DNA of 64,000 nucleotides from an uncultured Christensenellaceae bacterium (GTDB lineage: Bacteria; Bacillota; Clostridia; Christensenellales; CAG-1252): positions 11,343 through 75,342 of the forward strand of contig CAYJBY010000004.1 in the NCBI GenBank assembly GCA_964368645.1. Direction: 5' to 3'. The position numbers were made by a program, and so were the translations under genes. This document shows positions 19,564 through 28,167 of this stretch, piece after piece (the first letter of the stretch is position 1; each line of letters begins with the position of its first letter). The notes under the pieces were generated by a model. The model saw only the letters and a program-made list of their open reading frames with translations, had not been told where the DNA came from and searched no databases.

Positions 19564-20270
19564 TCGGTGCTTTTCGGCGGTAAAAGGCTTTTACCGTCAA
19601 AAGTTCCGCGGTATCGATAAGCGTCAAACGACGTCGTTATCAAGGCGGTTATAATTCTCAAAATTATCGGCAATATCGTCAAAAACGGTATCGGTGCGGT
19701 TATCAAAACGGTATTCGCAGAAACTACAAAACCTATCGGCAGAAACGGCAGTGTTACCTTTGAAAGGCTATTCCCGTTAAACCGATATTATCAAAAGCCG
19801 TAACGGCAAGCCTGTGCTTTTTTGAATGGATAATTCGAATCGGCATCGGGTGCGGTTACGGCTTTTTGCGTACCTTATCCATATTCTTCGCCGAAAGTTA
19901 CGCTACCGTTCCGGAAAACTACGCTAAGGCTACCGTTCCGAAAGTTACTCAATCCTATCGTACGGAAGGCTACACCAATCCTACTGTTAGGAAAACTACG
20001 CCATCGTTACCGTTCTAAAAAACTGCGCTGACATATACGCTACTTGGGAGTTGAGTAAAATGTAATATTCACTTTGTCGAAAGAAATAAAAGTCAAACCG
20101 CCCCGACCTTGTAACAACCAACGCCGAAAAAAGCAGAAAATAACAAAAGCAAAAAATCCAAGCCGAAAAAAACAAACGCCCAACAGAAAACGACAAAAGA
20201 CAAAAAATCACTAAACAAAAATCACATAAATCAAAGCGGAAAATAGCAAATAAGTCTAAAAATAAAAAAG
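19564..20270. repeat. A 700-bp noncoding spacer with degenerate tandem repeats and a T-depleted A/C-rich tract
   Basis: CTACCGTTCCGAAA(A)CTACG-type units repeat about four times around 19900-20010. Positions 20070-20260 are almost free of T on the + strand. No credible ORF. Confidence 0.5.
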
Positions 20271-20286
20271 GGGAAATTACTTCCCC
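20262..20286 (-). terminator. Minus-strand terminator overlapping the stop of the small Cys-rich ORF
   Basis: On the minus strand: GGGGAA-gtaat-TTCCCC followed by T8. Confidence 0.5.
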
Positions 20287-20501
20287 GACAAGAGCTTATA
20301 CTGTTTAACCCAACTGCGTGCAGGGGCGCGGCAAACGTGGTCGGCGGTGACGAAAGCGCAGACGTTATCCATATTACCTCTTGGACAAACCAAGGGATTG
20401 GCACAGCGGCAACCGTAGGTGGTTGTAGGTGAGTCCGCAGTGTTAAGCGGCTCGCAAGCCTTAATATGCAGTGCTTTGTCAAACAAACCGTTCTCGTACA
20501 T
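20277..20501 (-). CDS. Small cytoplasmic cysteine-rich protein (74 aa, 6 Cys), function unknown
   Basis: Start at the internal ATG 8 nt after GGGAGG. The track's longer ORF has no RBS. Cys pattern C-x14-C-x-C-x5-C-x8-C-x8-C. Confidence 0.45.
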   Translation of the reverse strand: MYENGLFDKALHIKACEPLNTADSPTTTYGCRCANPLVCPRGNMDNVCAFVTADHVCRAPARSWVKQYKLLSGK

Positions 20502-20796
20502 TGTAAAAATACCTCCCGAAAAGACTGCTTCGCCTATCGGTGGTGCTGACCTTTCGCTTGAAATTATAACAGATTTTCCTTTTTTTTGTAAGCGTTTTTC
20601 GGCGGCTGACAAAATTTAATCAAATCGTAACATTCTTTTTTGTCCGTAAAACACTCGTTTCAGCCTTAAAGAACCCGTCCTCGGCGCAAGGATTGAGGTA
20701 GGGATTTTTATCGGCAATACTAGGCAAAAACCGCATTTTACCGTCAAAAGCCGACTCCGAATGGGCGGTATAATACTTTCGTCAAAGGAGTAAAGA

Positions 20797-21993
20797 ATGG
20801 AAAAATTTTTGCGTAACGGAGTTAAAACCGTAAGGGTGGATTCTGTATCGGAACTGGGAAATACGGCGAAGCAGTTGCTTTCGGCAGGACGGGTGGCGTT
20901 GTTTTCGGACGGCGGCAGGTACGCTTGCAGAGCGGAGGACGTGCTGAAAGCCGCAGGCTACGCCGTTGACGTTTACCCCGTCAATCGAAAAAGCGTTTAT
21001 GCCTACAAGGAGCTGACCGCAAAGGAGCTTCCCGAGGATTGCCGCTTGGCGGTGGCGGTGGGTGAAGAACCTACGCTTGCCTGCGCCAAGGTTGTGGCAG
21101 GGCGGCGTGCCTTGCCGCTTTTGGCTGTTCCCGTTTCAGTGGGAGGCTTATCCGCGCTTTTTCCCTCCGCGCTGTTTTACGGGGACGGGGAGCTGGTGGG
21201 CTTCCGCTCCGTGTCCACCGTAACCGTATTGCTTTGTGAAGACGCTCTCGGCGAAAGCCGCCCCTCGGCGCTAGCGGAGGGCTTGGGCTTATGTCTTTGC
21301 GGCTTGGTGTCCGTGTTCGACTGCGGCTACGAAAATCTAATTTCGGGAAGGTTGGACAAGGCAGGAGTCGCTTTCTGCGATTTTGAGAGATTAAGCGAAA
21401 AGCTGTCGGGGGTGATAACTCTGGACAAAGAGCTTTTTAAGCTGTTATGCACTACGGCAGAAGAGCTGGCAGACGGCGGTTACAGGATATTTTCGGGAGT
21501 CGGATTTGATTTTAGTTGGTTGATTTCGCTATACAAGCGGCAAAGATTGTCGTATAATGAAAGCTACTTTACGGCGGCTTACACACTTTTAACCCTGTAT
21601 TCGGCGTCCTTTGCGGCGGATACCACGGTATTGATGCCACCGGATAGGCTTGCAACCTTTTCGGAGTTGGAGCGAACCTGCGGCATAACCTACGGCGGCT
21701 CGGCGGCTAACGCCAAGACCTACGCCGAGGATTACAGAAGACGCTGTTTCGTTACCGCCGATTACAAAAAAGAGCTTACCGCATTGCTTAATAAGGTTCA
21801 ACTTTCCGAGCTGTCCGTAGCGTACAGACGACTTCACGGCAGCAGCGGCTTCGGGTTGAGAGGGCAGACCGACTTCGACGAGCTGATAAGGCTGATGCAT
21901 TTAAGCGGCGAGAACTGCGTTGGCTACCCGTTGCTGAAACACCTTTACACCGTAGGCTTTACGGACGCTTTAAGGCTGAGAGTTCAGCTCTAG
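20797..21993 (+). CDS. Hypothetical protein with a degenerate DHQS/glycerol-dehydrogenase-like fold (likely non-catalytic)
   Basis: VAVGEEPTLACAKVVAG....LLAVPVSVGGLSAL aligns to the GlyDH/DHQS block VIGVGGGKTLDTAKAVA....PTIASTDAP. The Gly-rich NAD loop and the metal-binding His residues are missing. Confidence 0.45.
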   Translation: MEKFLRNGVKTVRVDSVSELGNTAKQLLSAGRVALFSDGGRYACRAEDVLKAAGYAVDVYPVNRKSVYAYKELTAKELPEDCRLAVAVGEEPTLACAKVVAGRRALPLLAVPVSVGGLSALFPSALFYGDGELVGFRSVSTVTVLLCEDALGESRPSALAEGLGLCLCGLVSVFDCGYENLISGRLDKAGVAFCDFERLSEKLSGVITLDKELFKLLCTTAEELADGGYRIFSGVGFDFSWLISLYKRQRLSYNESYFTAAYTLLTLYSASFAADTTVLMPPDRLATFSELERTCGITYGGSAANAKTYAEDYRRRCFVTADYKKELTALLNKVQLSELSVAYRRLHGSSGFGLRGQTDFDELIRLMHLSGENCVGYPLLKHLYTVGFTDALRLRVQL

Positions 21994-22082
21994 CGGCAAG
22001 AGCCGAGGCGGTCAACGGCATAGCCCACTCGTACTATTTTTGAAAACACCGGCAACGGAAAAAGATAAAGCAGAGGTTTAAG

Positions 22083-22886
22083 ATGACTAACGAATTACGC
22101 AAGAGGATTAACAATATCAAGCTGTTTCTTATGGATATGGACGGCACCGTTTACGTGGGCGGACGCAAAATCCCCGGAGCTTTCGAGGCTTTGGACACTT
22201 TGCGCAGTAAGGGCAAGACTATTTGCTACGTAACCAACAATTCCTCAAGAAGCAACGCCGCTTACGTCAAGCGTTTGGAGGGTATGGACGTTTTTATTAA
22301 CGAAAACGAGCTTTACACCTCGGCGCAGGCGACCTGTCAGTACCTCAAGGACAAGCAGTCGGGCAAAAAAGTGTTCCTGCTGGCAACCGAGGACGTGGCT
22401 AACGAGTTCAGAAGTTACGGTATCGAGCTTACCGAAACCGATCCCGACGTGGTGGTCATCTGTTTTGACACAAGTCTAAGCTACGACCGTTTGTATAAGG
22501 CTTGCGGCTTTATCAACGCAGGCAAACTGTACGTGGCTTCCCACCCTGATAACAACTGCCCCGCAGAGGGTTGTCCTATGCCCGACGTAGGCTCCTTTAT
22601 CCAAATGATTAAGGCGACCTTAGGCAAGGAACCCGACGTTATAATCGGTAAACCCTACAGCGGAATGGCTGAAGCGATACTGTCCAAGTACGGTTGTTTT
22701 GCACGGAAGGAAGTGGCTATGGTAGGCGACAGGCTTTACACCGACATACTTTTCGGAGTTGATAATGGTTTCAACAGCATACTCGTCCTATCAGGCGAAA
22801 CCAACGAGGAAATGTTAGGCGAAAGCGGTATCCGTCCCACCTTGGTTTTGGACAGCTTTAAGGATATTTTGAAGTATATAGATTAA
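22083..22886 (+). CDS. HAD-IIA family hydrolase (NagD-like sugar phosphatase)
   Basis: Motif I MDMDGTVY and the conserved VTNNSSRS block. Confidence 0.8.
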   Translation: MTNELRKRINNIKLFLMDMDGTVYVGGRKIPGAFEALDTLRSKGKTICYVTNNSSRSNAAYVKRLEGMDVFINENELYTSAQATCQYLKDKQSGKKVFLLATEDVANEFRSYGIELTETDPDVVVICFDTSLSYDRLYKACGFINAGKLYVASHPDNNCPAEGCPMPDVGSFIQMIKATLGKEPDVIIGKPYSGMAEAILSKYGCFARKEVAMVGDRLYTDILFGVDNGFNSILVLSGETNEEMLGESGIRPTLVLDSFKDILKYID

Positions 22887-22926
22887 GGTTTTTCGGGGTT
22901 TGGCGCAATATTATTCGCAAAAACGC

Positions 22927-22955
22927 TTGTCAAGCCCGAAGTTATATGCTAAAAT
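22927..22955 (+). promoter_or_regulatory. Putative promoter for secG
   Basis: TTGTCA, 17-nt spacer, TAAAAT. Confidence 0.4.
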
Positions 22956-22988
22956 AACTAAGCATTATTGCAACAAGGAGTAAAAAAA

Positions 22989-23276
22989 GTGGAATTAGCG
23001 TTATTATTAGCCGCCATTACTACTAATGCGAGGACAATTATTTCGGGTGTCATTCTTTGTGTGGTTGTCGTTCTCTCTATTGCGGAGACCGTTATTGTTT
23101 TGATGCAAAAGTCCGATCAAGCTAACGTCAGCGCGATTTCGGGCGTACAGGAGAGCTTTTACGGCAAGAACAAGGGCAGAACGCTGGATTCCAAGCTTAA
23201 GCTTTGGACGATTATTATCGGAGCGTTGATAGCGGTTTTGTGTATCGTATTCTTTATAGTAGCTCCTACGATTTAA
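22989..23276 (+). CDS. secG: Preprotein translocase subunit SecG (exact start uncertain)
   Basis: VLMQKSDQANVSAISGVQESFYGKNKGRTLD matches the SecG core LLQ..K..GLSGA..G....FG. Two TM segments. GTG at 22989 sits 8 nt after AAGGAG. The conserved secG-rnr-smpB neighbourhood supports the call. Confidence 0.7.
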   Translation: MELALLLAAITTNARTIISGVILCVVVVLSIAETVIVLMQKSDQANVSAISGVQESFYGKNKGRTLDSKLKLWTIIIGALIAVLCIVFFIVAPTI

Positions 23277-23473
23277 TTATCGGAACAGTACGAACGGGTG
23301 GCGCGGATAGCACCACCCTTTTTTTTAGGGCAAAAAGCAGTCGGAAACCAACGGCAACGCGGCGGTAAAAGCCGTCGGTGCGCAACCGAAATTCACTTAT
23401 CCGATTATTAAAGTGCGAACGCGATAATACTTCGGATATGGCAAAAAAAGATTTTAACAAAAAAGGATAGATA

Positions 23474-25369
23474 ATGAAAAAGAATTTTACAACGTATTCA
23501 AAGAAGACAACCTTCAAGGGCATATTGAGGGGCAACAAACGCGGCTTTGCGTTCCTTATCAGAGAGGACGGCGGCAACGATATTTTCCTTCCGCATTCCG
23601 CACTTAAGGGCGCACAGCACGGCGACACCGTTATCGTTCGTCTTATCAGAGGTGACGAGGGCGAGGTGGAAAAGATAGTCGAAAGAGGAGTCAAAACCGT
23701 AGTAGGCACGGTCAAAAAGGAGAAAAACAGAATACTTTTACTCCCAGACGACGAGTGCTATTATTCGGACGTGACGCTGTTGGAGCGCAAGGACTTAAAG
23801 AACGGTCAAAAGGCGGCGGCGGAGATAATAGAATATCCCAAGGGCAAACTGCCGCGTGCAAAAGTAACCAAGATATTAGGCAAAAGCGGAGACCGCAAGG
23901 CAGAGGAACTTTCCTGCCTGTACTCCTACGGATTTACCGAGGGCTTCGGCAAGGAAGCGGAGAATTACGCCGCCAAGCTGTCTATAACCGATAAGGATTA
24001 CGAGGGAAGAGAGGACTTCCGCAAGCTGACCACTATTACGGTGGACGGCGACGACGCCAAGGACTTTGACGACGCTATAAGCGTGGTTTCGGTTAAGGGC
24101 GGCGGCTTTACCCTGTACGTGCATATCGCGGACGTTTCTAATTTCGTTACTCCGCGCAATCCCATTGACGACGAGGCATACGCCCGTACTACCAGCGTGT
24201 ATTTCCCCGGAAAAGCCTATCCTATGCTTCCCGAAGCACTTTGCAACAACCTTTGCTCCCTGCTTCCCGAGGAGGACAGACTGACCTTGACGGCGGTGAT
24301 GGATTTTACCGCCACGGGCATCAAAAAGCAGTGCCGTGTGGTTAAGAGCGTTATCCGCTCCGATTACCGTATGACCTACTCCAAGGTCAAGGCGATACTT
24401 TCCGGCGACGAGGAGCTTTGCAAACAGTACAAGCCGATTAAAGGATTTTTGGAAAACGCGTCCGCTTTGGCGGCTTTGCTGTCCGCACAGCGCGAAAAAC
24501 GGGGCAGCGTTGATTTTACCACTAAGGAAACCTGCGTTATTCTCACCAAAGACGGTGTGGAATTAGCGGTTAAGGAAGCGGATATAGCCACCTCTATGAT
24601 AGAGGAATTTATGCTTGCGGCAAACGAAACCGTAGCTGAAATCCTGACGGAAAAGGGCTATCCCTGCGTTTACCGTGTGCACAAACAGCCCGATCCCGAT
24701 AAGCTGAAGGCTCTTCAGCTGTACGCGGAAGGTTTCGGCTTCGAATTCGGAGCCAAGGCGTTAAAGCCCGAGGACGTAGCCGACTTTATTAAGGCGGTTA
24801 AAAATACCGAATACGGCGAGTTTATTTCCACGGTGGGCATACGCTCTATGCAAAAGGCGGAATACTCTGTGGAAAATATAGGACATTTCGGCTTGGCGGC
24901 GAAGTGCTATTGTCACTTTACCTCTCCTATCAGACGTTACCCCGACCTGATTCAGCACCGTATGGTCAAGCTGATGTTAGAGGGCAAAAATCCCGAGGAG
25001 CTTAACTCCCAGCGCGCCTTTAACCTTAAGGCGGCAGGACACAGCTCCCAGATGGAGAGAGCGGCGGAAAGAGCGGAAAGGGATATGGTGGATTACTACA
25101 AGGCGTTATATATGACCAACCACATCGGCGAGAGCTACGAGGGCATAGTCAGCGGCGTAACTCAATCGGGTATTTTTGTAATACTTCCCAATTCGGTTGA
25201 GGGCTTTGTAGGTATCGACTATCTTCCTAAGGATACCTATTACTATGATTCCTCCAGATATTTGCTGAAGGGCGAGCGCGGCAGTTACAGTTTGGGTTCT
25301 CCGATTAAGGTAACGGCGGCGTTTGCGGACGTAGCGTCGCGGCGCGTGGATTTCAGATTGAGCGACTAA
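23474..25369 (+). CDS. rnr: Ribonuclease R
   Basis: Cold-shock/OB N-terminus, RNB catalytic domain (HFGLAAKCYCHFTSPIRRYPDL), C-terminal S1 domain. Confidence 0.9.
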   Translation: MKKNFTTYSKKTTFKGILRGNKRGFAFLIREDGGNDIFLPHSALKGAQHGDTVIVRLIRGDEGEVEKIVERGVKTVVGTVKKEKNRILLLPDDECYYSDVTLLERKDLKNGQKAAAEIIEYPKGKLPRAKVTKILGKSGDRKAEELSCLYSYGFTEGFGKEAENYAAKLSITDKDYEGREDFRKLTTITVDGDDAKDFDDAISVVSVKGGGFTLYVHIADVSNFVTPRNPIDDEAYARTTSVYFPGKAYPMLPEALCNNLCSLLPEEDRLTLTAVMDFTATGIKKQCRVVKSVIRSDYRMTYSKVKAILSGDEELCKQYKPIKGFLENASALAALLSAQREKRGSVDFTTKETCVILTKDGVELAVKEADIATSMIEEFMLAANETVAEILTEKGYPCVYRVHKQPDPDKLKALQLYAEGFGFEFGAKALKPEDVADFIKAVKNTEYGEFISTVGIRSMQKAEYSVENIGHFGLAAKCYCHFTSPIRRYPDLIQHRMVKLMLEGKNPEELNSQRAFNLKAAGHSSQMERAAERAERDMVDYYKALYMTNHIGESYEGIVSGVTQSGIFVILPNSVEGFVGIDYLPKDTYYYDSSRYLLKGERGSYSLGSPIKVTAAFADVASRRVDFRLSD

Positions 25370-25384
25370 AAGGAAAAAATGCCT

Positions 25385-25413
25385 TTGCATACGACGCGCA
25401 GGCGTGTTATAAT
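25385..25413 (+). promoter_or_regulatory. Putative promoter immediately upstream of smpB (extended -10)
   Basis: TTGCAT, 17-nt spacer, TGTTATAAT. The -10 element ends 8 nt before the smpB ATG. Confidence 0.4.
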
Positions 25414-25421
25414 ATAAAATT

Positions 25422-25880
25422 ATGAAAGAAAGCAAAACTGTTATCGCCACCAACAAAAAAGCCTACCACGAGTACTTTATCGAGGACACCTACGAGGCAG
25501 GCATAGTATTGGTCGGGAGCGAGGTCAAATCCATAAGGCTGCGTAAGGTCAGTTTCGTTGACAGTTACGTAAAAATCGAGGGTTACAAGGTTACTCTTGT
25601 CAATCTTCACATATCGCCTTACGACAAGGGCAGTTTTTTCAATCTTCCCTCCAAAAGAGAGCGTGCGCTTTTGCTGAACAAGCGAGAGATTAACAAGCTA
25701 CGCGCATTGGTGGAGCGCAAGGGGTACACGCTTGTACCCACCCGTATCTATTTCAATCAGGCGTTAGTCAAGGTGGAAATCGGCGTTGCCAAGGGCAAGC
25801 ACACCTACGACAAAAAGCAGACTCTTCTTGAAAAGGATATGGACAGAAAGACCGAAAGATACACAAAGTACGACGCATAA
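25422..25880 (+). CDS. smpB: SsrA-binding protein SmpB
   Basis: Conserved N-terminal block NKKAYHEYFIEDTYEAGIVLVGSEVKSIR. Confidence 0.9.
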   Translation: MKESKTVIATNKKAYHEYFIEDTYEAGIVLVGSEVKSIRLRKVSFVDSYVKIEGYKVTLVNLHISPYDKGSFFNLPSKRERALLLNKREINKLRALVERKGYTLVPTRIYFNQALVKVEIGVAKGKHTYDKKQTLLEKDMDRKTERYTKYDA

Positions 25881-25905
25881 AGGGTTTAACCCAAAGGAGA
25901 ATTAT

Positions 25906-27174
25906 ATGAAAATTGACAGTTTATGTGTTTACGGCGGCTATACGCCTGCAAACGGCGATCCCAACGTAGTACCGGTTTGCGCCAGCACGACTTACGCATA
26001 CGATACGCCTGAACAGCTTGCGCACCTTTTCGACGTGCCTAAGGACGGACATATATACAGCCGTATCAGCAACCCCACGGTGGCGGTTTTGGAGAACAAA
26101 ATCGCGGCGTTAGAGGGCGGCACGGCGGCAATGGCGTGTGCTTCTGGTTTAGCGGCTAACACTTTAGGCGTGATGACCGTTTGCAAGGCAGGCGACAACC
26201 TTATATCCTTTAGCGCGGTTTACGGCGGCACCTACAACCTTTTTGCGGTTACGCTCAAAAAGTACGGTATCGAAACCCGTTTCGTCACTCCTTCTATGGA
26301 CGACGAGGCTATCGAAAAGCTGATTGACGGCAATACCAAGCTGTTTTTTGCGGAGACCTTAGCCAATCCGGCTATGGTGGTATTTGATTTTGACCGCTAC
26401 TCCGCGATTTGCAAAAAGCACGGTATCTGTCTGATGATAGACAACACTTTGGCGACTCCGATACTTTGCAGACCTTTCGAGCACGGCGCGAACGTAGTGG
26501 TTCATTCCACTACAAAATATATGGACGGTCACGCCACCTCTGTGGGCGGAATGATCGTTGACGGCGGCAACTTCGAGTGGAGAGGCAATCCCCGTTACGA
26601 GGATTTTTACACTCCCGATCCCAGCTACCACGGCACGGTGTACGTAGATGAGGGACCTTCCTGCCCCTTCGTAATCAAGGCGAGAATGCAGTGTATGAGA
26701 GACGTCGGAGCTTGTATGAGCCCTTGGAACGCGTTTCTCACCAATTTAGGTACGGAAACCTTGGCAATTCGTATGGCGAAGCACAGCTCTAACGCTTTAA
26801 TCGTCGCCGAAACGCTTCAAAAACACCCGAAAATAGAATGGGTGAGCTATGCAGGACTTCCCACCGACGTGAACTACCCCTTAGCGCAAAAGTATTTTGA
26901 GGGCGGTTACTCCGGTATGGTCAGCATAGGTATCAAAGGCGGCAGAGAGGTCTGCGCTAACTTTATCCGCAACCTCAAACTGGTCAGACAATTAACTCAC
27001 ATCGCGGATATAAGAAGCTGTGTATTGCACCCTGCCTCCACAACTCACCGTCAGCTTTCCGACCAAGCCTTAAAGGATTGCGGAATCAGCGACAATTTCG
27101 TCCGTTTAAGCATAGGCATCGAGGACGTCGAAGACTTGCTTGCGGATATTTTACAGGCGTTGGATAACGCGTAA
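25906..27174 (+). CDS. metY: O-acetylhomoserine aminocarboxypropyltransferase (sulfhydrylase), PLP-dependent
   Basis: Cys/Met-metabolism PLP family with the Lys motif HSTTKYMDGH. Start at the ATG after AAAGGAG. Confidence 0.8.
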   Translation: MKIDSLCVYGGYTPANGDPNVVPVCASTTYAYDTPEQLAHLFDVPKDGHIYSRISNPTVAVLENKIAALEGGTAAMACASGLAANTLGVMTVCKAGDNLISFSAVYGGTYNLFAVTLKKYGIETRFVTPSMDDEAIEKLIDGNTKLFFAETLANPAMVVFDFDRYSAICKKHGICLMIDNTLATPILCRPFEHGANVVVHSTTKYMDGHATSVGGMIVDGGNFEWRGNPRYEDFYTPDPSYHGTVYVDEGPSCPFVIKARMQCMRDVGACMSPWNAFLTNLGTETLAIRMAKHSSNALIVAETLQKHPKIEWVSYAGLPTDVNYPLAQKYFEGGYSGMVSIGIKGGREVCANFIRNLKLVRQLTHIADIRSCVLHPASTTHRQLSDQALKDCGISDNFVRLSIGIEDVEDLLADILQALDNA

Positions 27175-27258
27175 TAGATAACGCAGACGCTATATACACG
27201 GACAAAAAGCGTAATCGATACGCACTGACAATAACGCAAAAAACATAACGGAGAATTT

Positions 27259-28167
27259 ATGCCCATAGTTATACCTAAGGATTTGCCTGCTCACGACATA
27301 TTGCAGTCCGAAAACATTTTCGTGATGAGCAAGGTTCGCGCGGCAACGCAGGACATACGTCCGATAAAAATCGCAATAGTCAACCTAATGCCCACTAAGA
27401 TTGAAACCGAAACGCAGCTTATGCGTCTTTTAAGCAACTCCCCCTTGCAGGTGGAGGTGACTTTAATCCGCACCGCAAGCTATGAGTCCACTCACGTTAA
27501 GGCCAACCATTTGGAAAAGTTTTATAAGAGCATAGATTGTCTGACGGACGAGTGGTTCGACGGTATGATTATCACAGGCGCACCTGTCGAAACCATACCC
27601 TTTGAGGAGGTCAAGTACTGGAAGGAGCTTCAAGCTATAATGGACTACGCGGCGAAACGCGTTACCAGTACATTATTCATCTGTTGGGGCGCACAGGCAG
27701 GGCTTTACCACTACTACGGCATTGACAAAAAGCCCCGTGCCAGCAAGCTTTTCGGTATCTATCCCCAGTATTCCCACCGTATGGACCCTCTGCTTAAGGG
27801 CGTGGACGACATATTCTATATCCCGATGAGCAGGCATACCGAGGTAGCGGAAGCGGATTTAGTCAACAACCCCGACCTAGAGGTAGTGGCACGTTCCACC
27901 GATCCCGATTGCGGTATTTCCATACTTAAATCCAAGAACGGTAAGCGGTTTTTCTTTTTCGGACACAGCGAATACGACAAGGACACCCTGAAAAACGAAT
28001 ACCTGAGAGATATCAACAAGGGTTTGGACATAGCGAAACCCGTTAATTACTTTATCAACGACCGTCTTGACGTGAACGTGACTTGGCGTTCAACCGCCAA
28101 TATCATCTTTTATAACTGGCTTAACTATTACGTTTATCAGGTTACGCCTTTTAATTTCGATAATTGA
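27259..28167 (+). CDS. metA: Homoserine O-acyltransferase MetA
   Basis: MetA N-terminus IRPIKIAIVNLMP and the catalytic Cys region. Confidence 0.85.
   Translation: MPIVIPKDLPAHDILQSENIFVMSKVRAATQDIRPIKIAIVNLMPTKIETETQLMRLLSNSPLQVEVTLIRTASYESTHVKANHLEKFYKSIDCLTDEWFDGMIITGAPVETIPFEEVKYWKELQAIMDYAAKRVTSTLFICWGAQAGLYHYYGIDKKPRASKLFGIYPQYSHRMDPLLKGVDDIFYIPMSRHTEVAEADLVNNPDLEVVARSTDPDCGISILKSKNGKRFFFFGHSEYDKDTLKNEYLRDINKGLDIAKPVNYFINDRLDVNVTWRSTANIIFYNWLNYYVYQVTPFNFDN

Noticed and set aside
19996-20211. 71-aa hydrophobic ORF on the minus strand
   Set aside because: It is the translation of the T-rich complement of the A/C-rich low-complexity tract. It has no RBS and lies beyond the terminator.
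20613-20796. Upstream extension of the small Cys-rich ORF to 20612 (111 aa)
   Set aside because: There is no RBS at the upstream start, whereas GGGAGG precedes the internal ATG at 20501. The extension also overlaps the divergent promoter region of the next gene.
25369-25430. tmRNA (ssrA) next to smpB
   Set aside because: Only about 50 nt of noncoding DNA lies on either side of smpB, and nothing tRNA-Ala-like with a tag reading frame is visible anywhere in the window.
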